Source of the DNA: Clostridia bacterium
GTDB lineage: Bacteria; Bacillota; Clostridia; Monoglobales; Monoglobaceae
Assembly: GCA_017456605.1 (NCBI GenBank)
Contig: JAFTJA010000012.1
Coordinates: forward strand, 29,833 to 93,832
Length of the DNA: 64,000 bases
Reading direction: 5' to 3'
Shown piece after piece: positions 22,554 through 30,689 of this stretch. The position numbers and the translations under genes are program-made. Under the pieces are notes generated by a model that was not told the DNA's origin, searched no databases, and worked only from the letters and a program-made list of their open reading frames with translations. The stretch's first letter is position 1. Each line of letters starts with the position of its first letter.

Positions 22554-22583
22554 AAGGTAAACCTCATCGGTTTACCTTTTTTT
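22554..22583 (+). terminator. Intrinsic terminator after trkH
   Basis: 10-bp stem aaggtaaacc/ggtttacctt followed by T7. Confidence 0.8.
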
Positions 22584-22676
22584 GCACAAAAACGTAGGGA
22601 TTGTTAGACTTTCCGATAAAAAACCTAATATTTTTTTGGAATTTATAAAAAAATCTTTTTTTTTCTGTGTTTTGTA

Positions 22677-22705
22677 TTGACATTTTTGTGTTAGTATTGT
22701 AAAAT
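22677..22705 (+). promoter_or_regulatory. Sigma-A-type promoter of the GRE-activase-pduU-pduV unit
   Basis: TTGACA - 17 nt - TAAAAT, about 60 nt upstream of the GRE start. Confidence 0.6.
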
Positions 22706-22764
22706 GAAACTAAGATATTATTGATTATAATGAAGTATTATTTTTTGAAAGGGGAGTTTAAGTT

Positions 22765-25287
22765 ATGGCAAGATTTTTCACTGAAGATATTGCAAAAAGT
22801 CCGCGTATTGAAAAGCTTAAGGACAATTTGTTTGCCAAAAAACCGGAAGTTGAAGTTGAACGTGCGGTTTTACTTACTGAATCCTATAAAAATACCGAAG
22901 GCATGCCGATGATTACAAGGCGTGCAAAAGCCTTCAGAAATATTCTTGAAAACCTTCCTATCACAATCAGGGAGCATGAACTTGTTGTAGGAAGTGCTAC
23001 AAAGTCTTCAAGAAGTTGCCAGATTTTCCCGGAGTTTTCTTTCTCTTGGATTGAGGATGAATTTGATACCCTTGAAACAAGGTCTGCTGACCCGTTTGTG
23101 CTTTCAGAGGAATCAAAAAAGGCTCTTGGAGAGGTTTTCAAATACTGGAAAGGAAAAACCACCAGCGAACTTGCAACTTCTTATATGAAGCCTGAAACAA
23201 TAGATGCAATCAGCCACAATGTATTCACACCGGGCAACTATTTTTATAATGGCATAGGTCACGTTACAGCGGACTATGGCAAGGTGCTCGAGATTGGTTT
23301 TGACGGCATCATCAAGCAGGCGAAGGCAGAACGTGCGGCGATTGATGAAACAAAGGGAAATGCCACTGAAAAGAGGGTTTTTCTTGATGCTGTTATTGAA
23401 AGCTGTGAAGCGGTTATCACCTTTGCACAGAGATATTCGCGCCTGGCTTATGAAATGGCTGACAAATGCACAGATGCGGTGCGCCGTGAAGAACTCAAAA
23501 CGATAGGAAAGATATGCAGCCGTGTTCCTCAGTTCGGTGCGGAAAGCTTTTATGAAGCTTGCCAGAGCTTTTGGTTTGTTCAACTTCTTATCCAGACCGA
23601 GTCAAACGGACATTCTATTTCTCCCGGACGTTTTGATGTTTATATGTATCCTTATTTCAAAAAGGATTTCAAAAATGGCAAGATAACACGTGAATTTGCG
23701 CAGGAACTTATAGACTGTGTATGGATAAAGCTCAACGACTTTACAAAAATCAGAGATGCACTTTCTGCAGAAGGCTTTGCAGGATACAGCCTTTTCCAGA
23801 ACCTTATCGCCGGCGGTCAGGACAAAAACGGCATTGATATTACAAATGACTTGTCATTTATGTGTATAAATGCATCATTACATACAATGCTTCCACAGCC
23901 GTCACTTTCTGTTAGAGTGTGGAACAAAACACCTCACGAATTTTTGATGAAAGCGGGCGAGCTTACACGTACGGGCATAGGTCTTCCGGCTTACTACAAT
24001 GATGAAGTTATTATTCCGGCGCTCATAAGCCGTGGTCTTACTTTGGAGGATGCAAGGGAATATAACATTATTGGTTGCGTTGAGCCCCAAAAGGCGGGTA
24101 AAACCGACGGCTGGCACGATGCGGCATTCTTCAATATGTGTAGACCTTTGGAGCTTGTTTTCTCAAACGGTGTTGACGAGGGCAAGCAGATAAGTATAGA
24201 AACCGGTGACATCGCGAAGATGACTACTTTTGATGAGTTCTATGATGCGTATAAAGCCCAGACGGAATATATGATTTCCCTGATGGTGGATGCTGATAAT
24301 GCAATTGACTTGGCCCACGCTCAAAGATGTCCGCTTCCGTTCCTTTCAAGTATGATTGAAGACTGTATCGGCAGAGGAAAGAGTGTTCAGGAGGGTGGTG
24401 CGGTTTATAACTTCACAGGTCCTCAGGGCTTTGGTGTTGCCAATATGGCAGATGCACTTTTTGCAATCAAGAAGCTGGTATTTGAAGAAAGAAAATTCAC
24501 TCTTCCCGAGCTTAAAGAAGCGCTTAAAAATAATTTCGGAAAAGGTGCTGATTCAAAGAACCTTGAAGAAGTCGTTGTGGGCGTTGTCAAAGGCCTTGCT
24601 GAAAAGGGTGTAACCGTTTCAAAAGAACAGATTGAACAAATCTGCAAGAACATACAGGGAAATACTTCGGGCGCAGGTGGCAGAGATGCTGAAATTCTCA
24701 AGATGATTGAGGGCGTTCCCAAGTTCGGAAACGATATATGCGAGGTTGATTCCTTTGCAAGAGACGTTGCATACACATACACAAAACCCATTGAAAAATA
24801 CAAAAATCCCCGTGGTGGAATTTATCATGCAGGACTTTATCCGGTTTCAGCAAACGTTCCCCTTGGTGCACAAACAGGTGCAACCCCTGACGGACGCTTT
24901 GCGAAAACTCCGGTGGCAGACGGCGTATCACCTGCGGCAGGCCGTGACGTAAACGGTCCAACTGCTGCGGCTAACTCTGTTGCAAAGCTTGACCACTTTA
25001 TTGCGTCAAACGGAACGCTGTTCAATATGAAATTCCATCCCTCGGCACTCAAGGGAACATCAGGGCTTGAAAGCTTTGTGGCTCTCATAAGAGGTTACTT
25101 TGACCAGAAGGGAAGCCATATGCAGTTCAACGTAGTAAGCCGCGAAACTCTTCAGGATGCACAGAAAAATCCTGAAAAATACAAGGGACTGGTTGTCAGA
25201 GTCGCAGGTTACAGTGCGCTCTTTACAACGCTTTCAAAATCGCTTCAGGATGACATAATCAACCGAACCGAACAAAAAGGATTCTAA
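22765..25287 (+). CDS. Glycyl radical enzyme, diol-dehydratase-like (probable B12-independent 1,2-propanediol dehydratase)
   Basis: 840 aa PFL-fold protein. Cys loop NIIGCVEPQ (Cys438/Glu440 by my count), GIGH (His166) and C-terminal glycyl radical motif VVRVAGYSALF. BMC context with an aldolase, PduP and PduL. Confidence 0.85.
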   Translation: MARFFTEDIAKSPRIEKLKDNLFAKKPEVEVERAVLLTESYKNTEGMPMITRRAKAFRNILENLPITIREHELVVGSATKSSRSCQIFPEFSFSWIEDEFDTLETRSADPFVLSEESKKALGEVFKYWKGKTTSELATSYMKPETIDAISHNVFTPGNYFYNGIGHVTADYGKVLEIGFDGIIKQAKAERAAIDETKGNATEKRVFLDAVIESCEAVITFAQRYSRLAYEMADKCTDAVRREELKTIGKICSRVPQFGAESFYEACQSFWFVQLLIQTESNGHSISPGRFDVYMYPYFKKDFKNGKITREFAQELIDCVWIKLNDFTKIRDALSAEGFAGYSLFQNLIAGGQDKNGIDITNDLSFMCINASLHTMLPQPSLSVRVWNKTPHEFLMKAGELTRTGIGLPAYYNDEVIIPALISRGLTLEDAREYNIIGCVEPQKAGKTDGWHDAAFFNMCRPLELVFSNGVDEGKQISIETGDIAKMTTFDEFYDAYKAQTEYMISLMVDADNAIDLAHAQRCPLPFLSSMIEDCIGRGKSVQEGGAVYNFTGPQGFGVANMADALFAIKKLVFEERKFTLPELKEALKNNFGKGADSKNLEEVVVGVVKGLAEKGVTVSKEQIEQICKNIQGNTSGAGGRDAEILKMIEGVPKFGNDICEVDSFARDVAYTYTKPIEKYKNPRGGIYHAGLYPVSANVPLGAQTGATPDGRFAKTPVADGVSPAAGRDVNGPTAAANSVAKLDHFIASNGTLFNMKFHPSALKGTSGLESFVALIRGYFDQKGSHMQFNVVSRETLQDAQKNPEKYKGLVVRVAGYSALFTTLSKSLQDDIINRTEQKGF

Positions 25288-25289
25288 GT

Positions 25290-26081
25290 ATGAACAACGA
25301 TTATTTGAACACAAAAGGCAGAATATTTGATATTCAGCGGTTCTCGGTTCATGACGGGCCGGGGGTGCGGACCATCATTTTTCTCAAAGGCTGTTTTTTG
25401 AGGTGCAAGTGGTGCTGCAACCCTGAATCCCAAAACTTTGACATTGAAACAATGACCATTGACGGAAAGGAAAAGGTCATTGGACGTGACGTTACAGTGT
25501 CAGAAATTATGGAAGAAATCGAGAAAGACAGAATTTATTACCGTCGCAGCGGCGGCGGGGTGACCTTGTCCGGCGGAGAGTCACTAAGGCAGCCGGAATT
25601 CGCTGCGGCACTGCTTCGTGCCTGCAAGGAAAAGGGCATCAACACAGCTCTTGAATCAACGGGCTGTGCAAGCTTTGAAAAAATTGAAAAGCTGCTTCCC
25701 TACCTTGATTTGTATCTTATGGATATAAAGCACACAAACAGCGAAAAGCACAGACAGTTTACCACCCAACCGAATGAGCTTATTCTTGAAAATGCAAAGA
25801 AAATTGCCGAAAAGGCAAACCAGCTTATTATAAGAGTTCCCGTGATTCCCACATTCAACGATACGGAAGCTGAGATAAGAGATATTGCAAGATTTGCGAA
25901 GACCTTGAAGAACGTTGATGAATTGCATCTTCTTCCTTATCACCGCCTGGGCGAAGATAAGTATGAGGGGCTTGGCAGAAATTATGAAATGCACGGCATT
26001 GATTTGATTTCTGATGAGCACATCCAAAAACTCAAAGCGGTGGTTGAGGCAGAAGGGCTCAAATGCCAGATAGGAGGTTAA
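25290..26081 (+). CDS. Glycyl-radical-enzyme activating enzyme (radical SAM), short PflA-like form
   Basis: CFLRCKWCCNPE (CxxxCxxC), GGGVTLSGGE. 263 aa with no ferredoxin-like CxxCxxCxxxC insert. Confidence 0.9.
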   Translation: MNNDYLNTKGRIFDIQRFSVHDGPGVRTIIFLKGCFLRCKWCCNPESQNFDIETMTIDGKEKVIGRDVTVSEIMEEIEKDRIYYRRSGGGVTLSGGESLRQPEFAAALLRACKEKGINTALESTGCASFEKIEKLLPYLDLYLMDIKHTNSEKHRQFTTQPNELILENAKKIAEKANQLIIRVPVIPTFNDTEAEIRDIARFAKTLKNVDELHLLPYHRLGEDKYEGLGRNYEMHGIDLISDEHIQKLKAVVEAEGLKCQIGG

Positions 26082-26085
26082 GATA

Positions 26086-26466
26086 ATGGCTGATTGGAAA
26101 GATTTAAGTAGCTTAAGCGACAGAATGAGAATTATTCAGGAGCTTGTTCCGGGCAAACAGATAACACTTGCTCATATCATCGCAAACCCTGACAGAATTC
26201 TTTACAAAAAGCTGGGTCTTGACCCTGCTATTGATTATTCAAAGGCAGCTATCGGGATTGTTACTATGTCACCGGCTGAAACGGCGATTATTGCAGCGGA
26301 TATTGCAATCAAGGCGTCAGGTGCAGAGATTGGCTTTGTTGACCGTTTCAGCGGAACTTTGATAGTTACCGGTACAGTTTCAGAGGTGGAGGCATCACTT
26401 AGGGCGCTTTGTGATTACAGCAAAGAAACATTGGGCTTTACAGTTTGCCCCATTACAAGGACTTAA
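26086..26466 (+). CDS. pduU: Circularly permuted BMC-H shell protein, PduU/EutS type
   Basis: RIIQELVPGKQITLAHIIANP ... EIGFVDRFSGTLIVTG ... CPITRT is colinear with Salmonella PduU as recalled. Confidence 0.88.
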   Translation: MADWKDLSSLSDRMRIIQELVPGKQITLAHIIANPDRILYKKLGLDPAIDYSKAAIGIVTMSPAETAIIAADIAIKASGAEIGFVDRFSGTLIVTGTVSEVEASLRALCDYSKETLGFTVCPITRT

Positions 26467-26469
26467 AGT

Positions 26470-26919
26470 ATGAAAAAGATGATACTGGTGGGCAGGAGTG
26501 AGTGTGGAAAAACAACCCTTACTCAGGCACTCAAAGGCGAAAAGATTGGTTATCACAAAACTCAGTACATAAATTATCACGATATATTGATTGACACTCC
26601 CGGCGAGTATGCGGAAAACAAAATTTTAGGCAGGGCACTTGCTCTTTATTCATATGAGGCAGATGTTGTGGGCTTGCTTCTCAGTGCAAGGGAACAGTAT
26701 TCGTTGTATCCGCCTTGTTGCACTGCCCAGGTAAACCGCGAGGTTATTGGAATTGTAACCCAGATTGACCAGCCTGATGCAAACCCCGAGCAGGCAGCCA
26801 GATGGCTGGAACTTGCGGGTTGTGAAAAGATTTTCTTCGTAGCATCCACAACGGGGGAAGGTATACAGGAACTGATTGATTATCTTGCAGAAGAGAGAAA
26901 ACCACAAAAATTTAGGTAA
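26470..26919 (+). CDS. pduV: EutP/PduV-family small GTPase
   Basis: P-loop GRSECGKTTL, DTPGEY. About 149 aa, placed next to pduU. Confidence 0.85.
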   Translation: MKKMILVGRSECGKTTLTQALKGEKIGYHKTQYINYHDILIDTPGEYAENKILGRALALYSYEADVVGLLLSAREQYSLYPPCCTAQVNREVIGIVTQIDQPDANPEQAARWLELAGCEKIFFVASTTGEGIQELIDYLAEERKPQKFR

Positions 26920-26955
26920 AAACAACAAAAACAAAGAAAAAAACACAAAAAACCA

Positions 26956-26984
26956 TTGACACGACGGTATATATATGGTATTAT
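26956..26984 (+). promoter_or_regulatory. Internal sigma-A-type promoter (extended -10) for the aldolase...deoR unit
   Basis: TTGACA - 17 nt - TATTAT, preceded by TGg. No terminator hairpin lies between pduV and this site. Confidence 0.6.
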
Positions 26985-27039
26985 ATATGTAGGTAAATAT
27001 GAATTAAATTAAAAAGTTTATATAAAGGAGAAAACGATT

Positions 27040-27852
27040 ATGATGTCAGAGTACGAAATTAAAAAGCAAATTTGTGACATTGGCAAGAGAATTTATGACA
27101 GAAGAATGGTTGCTGCAAACGACGGTAACATTTCTGTTAAAATCTCCGACAATGAGTATCTTTGCACACCTACTGGCGTAAGCAAAGGTTTTATGACACC
27201 AGAGTACATATGCAAAATTGATGGTGACGGAAATGTTCTTCAGGCAAACAAAGGTTTTAAACCATCATCGGAAATCAAGATGCACCTTAGAGTTTACAAG
27301 CATCGTCCTGATGTTCAGGCGGTTGTTCATGCGCATCCTATTTATGCAACAAGCTTTGCTATTGCAGGAAAGCCTTTGACACAGCCTATTATGCCTGAAG
27401 CAGTTATCGCACTTGGTTGTGTTCCCATTGCAGAATACGGCACACCTTCAACAAATGAAATTCCTGACGCAGTAGAGAAATATCTTCCCTACTACGATGC
27501 GGTTCTTCTTGAAAACCACGGAGCACTTGCTTATTCCGATTCGCTTCTTGCGGCTTATCACAAGATGGAATCACTTGAGTTCTATGCAGAGCTTTTGTTC
27601 CTTTCAAATCAGCTTGGCGGACCTCAGGAATTCTCAAAAGAACAGCTCAAAAAGCTTTATGATGTAAGACGTGCATTTGGTATGACAGGAAAGCATCCGG
27701 CGAGCCTTTGTCCCAACAACAAAAACGGCGGTATGAGCTGTCATAACTGCCATATTCCGGATTGTGCGGTTGCAGAAGAAGGTCAGGCTGGTGACAACAA
27801 GGAACTTATTGCCCAGATTACAAAGAAGGTTATGGACCAGCTTGGAAAATAG
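27040..27852 (+). CDS. Class II aldolase (L-fuculose/rhamnulose-phosphate aldolase-like) with a C-terminal Cys4 motif and encapsulation peptide
   Basis: Class II aldolase/adducin motifs (AANDGNISV, VVHAHPIYAT, ENHGALAY). The tail is CPNNKNGGMSCHNCHIPDC followed by the amphipathic NKELIAQITKKVMDQLGK. Confidence 0.85.
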   Translation: MMSEYEIKKQICDIGKRIYDRRMVAANDGNISVKISDNEYLCTPTGVSKGFMTPEYICKIDGDGNVLQANKGFKPSSEIKMHLRVYKHRPDVQAVVHAHPIYATSFAIAGKPLTQPIMPEAVIALGCVPIAEYGTPSTNEIPDAVEKYLPYYDAVLLENHGALAYSDSLLAAYHKMESLEFYAELLFLSNQLGGPQEFSKEQLKKLYDVRRAFGMTGKHPASLCPNNKNGGMSCHNCHIPDCAVAEEGQAGDNKELIAQITKKVMDQLGK

Positions 27853-27869
27853 TGCGGGGAGGTATCGTT

Positions 27870-28361
27870 ATGGATGACGAAAAGCTTGCTCGTATTGTAG
27901 AAGCTACTTTGAAACAACTTACCGAAACAAACGCCGATGAAAAAGGCTTTGGTCTTAAAGCGGCAAAAAGGCTTATTGCACTGGTTGAAGAAAAGGCAAA
28001 ACAGATGGGTGTAAATGCGGTTGTTGCGGTGTCAACTCCTGCGGGAAGACCCATTGCCATTGAATGTATGGATAATTCGTACATAGCGAGCTTTGATGTT
28101 GCACTGAAGAAGGCATACACGGTGGTTGCACTTAAAATGTCCACAAAAAAACTGAGTACTCTGGCTGCTCCGGGCGGGTCGCTTTATGGAATTCAGTTCA
28201 CAAATGACGGACAGATTGTTATATTCGGTGGTGGTGACCCACTGATATATCACGGGAAAATTATCGGCGGACTGGGCGTCAGCGGCGGTACAGAAGAACA
28301 GGACACTGCTCTTTCGGCGTATGGTGCTTCGCTCATCGATGAAATTATGAAAGATTTTTAA
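27870..28361 (+). CDS. DUF336 / GlcG / PduO-C-terminal-like (putative heme-binding) protein with an N-terminal encapsulation peptide
   Basis: ATG 27870 after GGGGAGG. EKLARIVEATLKQL helix, then DUF336 core motifs (AVVAVSTPAGRPIA, IGGLGVSGGTEEQD). Confidence 0.75.
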   Translation: MDDEKLARIVEATLKQLTETNADEKGFGLKAAKRLIALVEEKAKQMGVNAVVAVSTPAGRPIAIECMDNSYIASFDVALKKAYTVVALKMSTKKLSTLAAPGGSLYGIQFTNDGQIVIFGGGDPLIYHGKIIGGLGVSGGTEEQDTALSAYGASLIDEIMKDF

Positions 28362-28378
28362 GAAGGGAGAGATTTTAG

Positions 28379-29578
28379 TTGAATAACAACGAAATAGAAC
28401 AGATTGTAAAACAAGTTCTTGCAGGTATGCAGGGCACAACATCTGGCAGCACAGCTCCAAAGACAGCGGGCCCGATACCCTCAAGAAGTCGTGTGGCAAT
28501 GCTTACCGGGATTGAAAAAATCGAAATTCAGGAATATGACATTCCTGAAATCGGCGATGACGATATTCTGGTGAAGGTTGAAGGCTGTGGCATTTGCGGA
28601 ACTGACGCTCATGAATATAAGCGTGATCCTTTTGGACTTATTCCGGTTGTTCTCGGACATGAGGGAACAGGCGAAATAGTAAAAATGGGTAAAAATGTCA
28701 AGAAAGACAGCGCAGGAAAGCCTTTGGCAATTGGTGACAAGGTTGTTACTTGTATGATTTTCAAAGACAATCCTGACATTACAATGTATGACCTCAACAA
28801 GCAAAACGTAGGAGGTGGCGACATTTACGGACTTATTCCGGACAATGAAACTCACTTTAACGGTTGGTTTGCTGATTATCTGGTAATTAAGGGAGGTTCA
28901 ACGGTATTCAATGTATCTGACCTTGACCTTGATTCAAGAATTCTTATTGAACCTTGTGCAGTTCTTATCCATGCGGTAGAACGTGCAAAGACAACAGGAA
29001 TACTTAAATTCAACAGCCGCGTTGTTGTTCAGGGCTGCGGACCTATCGGTCTTATCTGTATAGCAGTTCTCAGAACAATGGGTATTCAAAACATTACAGC
29101 GGTTGACGGCGAACAGAAACGTCTTGACTTTGCAAAACGTATGGGCGCAGACAAAACAGTTAACTTCAAAGACCATAGCGGCATTGAAGCTTTGGCTGGG
29201 GCTGTTAAAGACAGCTTTGGCGGATATTTTGCAGATTTTGCATTCCAGTGTACTGGTTCACCTGTCGCACACAGCAATATCTACAAATTTATCAGAGATG
29301 GCGGCGGACTTTGTGAACTTGGCTTCTTCATCAATGGTGGAGACGCTCAAATCAATCCGCACTTTGACCTTTGCTCAAAGGAAATCACTTTGGTTGGTTC
29401 ATGGGTATATACACTTCGTGATTATGCAACAACCTTTGATTTTCTCAAGAGAGCAATAGCAATCGGACTTCCCATCAAGGAGCTTATCACACACAAGTAT
29501 CCTCTCGACAAAATCAATGATGCATTTGTCACAAATGTTAAGATGGAAGGTCTCAAGATTGCAGTTATCAATGAATAA
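28379..29578 (+). CDS. Zinc-dependent (MDR family) alcohol dehydrogenase with an N-terminal encapsulation peptide
   Basis: TTG start after GAAGGGAGAG. NEIEQIVKQVLAGM plus a Gly/Ser/Thr/Pro linker, then CGICGTDAHE, GHEGTGEIV and the Rossmann motif VQGCGPIGL. Confidence 0.85.
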   Translation: MNNNEIEQIVKQVLAGMQGTTSGSTAPKTAGPIPSRSRVAMLTGIEKIEIQEYDIPEIGDDDILVKVEGCGICGTDAHEYKRDPFGLIPVVLGHEGTGEIVKMGKNVKKDSAGKPLAIGDKVVTCMIFKDNPDITMYDLNKQNVGGGDIYGLIPDNETHFNGWFADYLVIKGGSTVFNVSDLDLDSRILIEPCAVLIHAVERAKTTGILKFNSRVVVQGCGPIGLICIAVLRTMGIQNITAVDGEQKRLDFAKRMGADKTVNFKDHSGIEALAGAVKDSFGGYFADFAFQCTGSPVAHSNIYKFIRDGGGLCELGFFINGGDAQINPHFDLCSKEITLVGSWVYTLRDYATTFDFLKRAIAIGLPIKELITHKYPLDKINDAFVTNVKMEGLKIAVINE

Positions 29579-29617
29579 TAATTAACAATTTTAAAATATT
29601 TTAGGAGGAATTTTAAA

Positions 29618-29893
29618 ATGGCACAGGAAGCATTAGGTATGATAGAAACAAGAGGTTTGGTTGCAGCAATCGAGGCAGCCGACGCAATGGTAAAGGCTGC
29701 TGAGGTAGTTCTCATCGGCACAGAAAAGATTGGTTCAGGCTTGGTGAGTGTTATGGTTCGCGGTGATGTTGGCGCTGTTAAAGCTGCTGTTGAAGCAGGC
29801 GGTCAGTGCGCACAGCGACTTGGCGAAATCGTAGCTACACACGTAATTCCGAGACCTCACAGTGATGTTGAAAAGATTTTGCCTAAGTTCTAA
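29618..29893 (+). CDS. BMC-H hexamer shell protein (PduA/EutM type)
   Basis: [37 protein letters not shown]...[25 protein letters not shown] is a canonical Pfam00936-type domain. Confidence 0.93.
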   Translation: MAQEALGMIETRGLVAAIEAADAMVKAAEVVLIGTEKIGSGLVSVMVRGDVGAVKAAVEAGGQCAQRLGEIVATHVIPRPHSDVEKILPKF

Positions 29894-29910
29894 AGAAAGA
29901 GTGATTTAGT

Positions 29911-30303
29911 ATGGCAACAACAAAAAAGACCGTAATTGCAAATACGGAAGCATTGAAAAATAATGAAGCCGAGGTTAAAGAAACCAAGGCTGTTGAAAAA
30001 AAGGTTGTAAAGGAGGAAAAAAGAATGGCACAGGAAGCATTGGGTATGGTGGAAACAAGAGGCTTGGTTGCAGCAATCGAAGCAGCAGATGCTATGCTTA
30101 AGGCTGCTAACGTAACTCTCGTTGGCACAGAAAAGATTGGTTCAGGTCTTGTAAGTGTTATGGTTCGCGGTGATGTAGGCGCTGTTAAGGCTGCTGTTGA
30201 AGCAGGCGGTCAGTGTGCACAGAAGCTTGGTGAAATCATTGCTACACACGTTATTCCCAGACCTCACACAGATGTTGAGAAGATATTGCCTATCCTTAAA
30301 TAA
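29911..30303 (+). CDS. BMC-H hexamer shell protein, paralog; long form with a 38-aa Lys/Glu-rich N-extension (alternative start ATG 30025)
   Basis: The core from M39 is nearly identical to the preceding gene. A strong AAGGAGG lies 8 nt before ATG 30025, and only a weak RBS precedes 29911, so the true start is ambiguous. Confidence 0.85.
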   Translation: MATTKKTVIANTEALKNNEAEVKETKAVEKKVVKEEKRMAQEALGMVETRGLVAAIEAADAMLKAANVTLVGTEKIGSGLVSVMVRGDVGAVKAAVEAGGQCAQKLGEIIATHVIPRPHTDVEKILPILK

Positions 30304-30327
30304 GAGGATACTGGGCAGGCGACTTAA

Positions 30328-30351
30328 GGGACGGAGCTTTTGCTCTGTCCC
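30328..30351 (+). other. Intercistronic stem-loop after the major shell genes
   Basis: gggacggagc-tttt-gctctgtccc (10 bp, one G-U pair) with no following T run. Confidence 0.5.
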
Positions 30352-30383
30352 AACGGTCTGCTAATCCGGAAAGGAAGAATGTT

Positions 30384-30650
30384 ATGATTATTGGAAAGGT
30401 GCTTGGAAGCGTTGTTTCAACTCGCAAGAACGAAAACCTTGTGGGAAACAAGTTTATGATTGTTGAACCTGTTAAATCAATGGCTAAAGAAAATTCAAGA
30501 ATTATTGCTGTTGACAACATAGGCGCAGGAATTGGTGAATATGTTCTGGTTGCTCTTGGCAGCGCAGCAAGAATCGGATGCGGAAAAGAAACATCACCTA
30601 TTGATGCGGCGATTGTCGGAATTATTGACGACGGCGAAAGTTTTAAATAA
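30384..30650 (+). CDS. BMC-P pentamer vertex protein (EutN/PduN/CcmL family)
   Basis: MIIGKVLGSVVSTRKNENLVGNKFMIVEPV...VDNIGAGIGEYVLVALGSAAR. 88 aa. Confidence 0.9.
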   Translation: MIIGKVLGSVVSTRKNENLVGNKFMIVEPVKSMAKENSRIIAVDNIGAGIGEYVLVALGSAARIGCGKETSPIDAAIVGIIDDGESFK

Positions 30651-30689
30651 AGACCGGAAAACTGATTTTTAAGGAAGGGGGAGCTATTT

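Noticed and set aside
22721-22912. 63-aa ORF overlapping the GRE start
   Set aside because: It is out of frame with the GRE, begins in the AT-rich leader without an RBS, and has a low-complexity product.
22765-25287. Assigning the GRE as choline TMA-lyase (CutC) or pyruvate formate-lyase
   Set aside because: The locus has a class II aldolase, ADH, PduP/PduL and a DeoR regulator, but no choline-related genes. Its length (840 aa) and the GCVEP dehydratase-type Cys/Glu loop argue against PFL. Substrate assignment still needs an alignment, so this is a weighted rejection and not proof.
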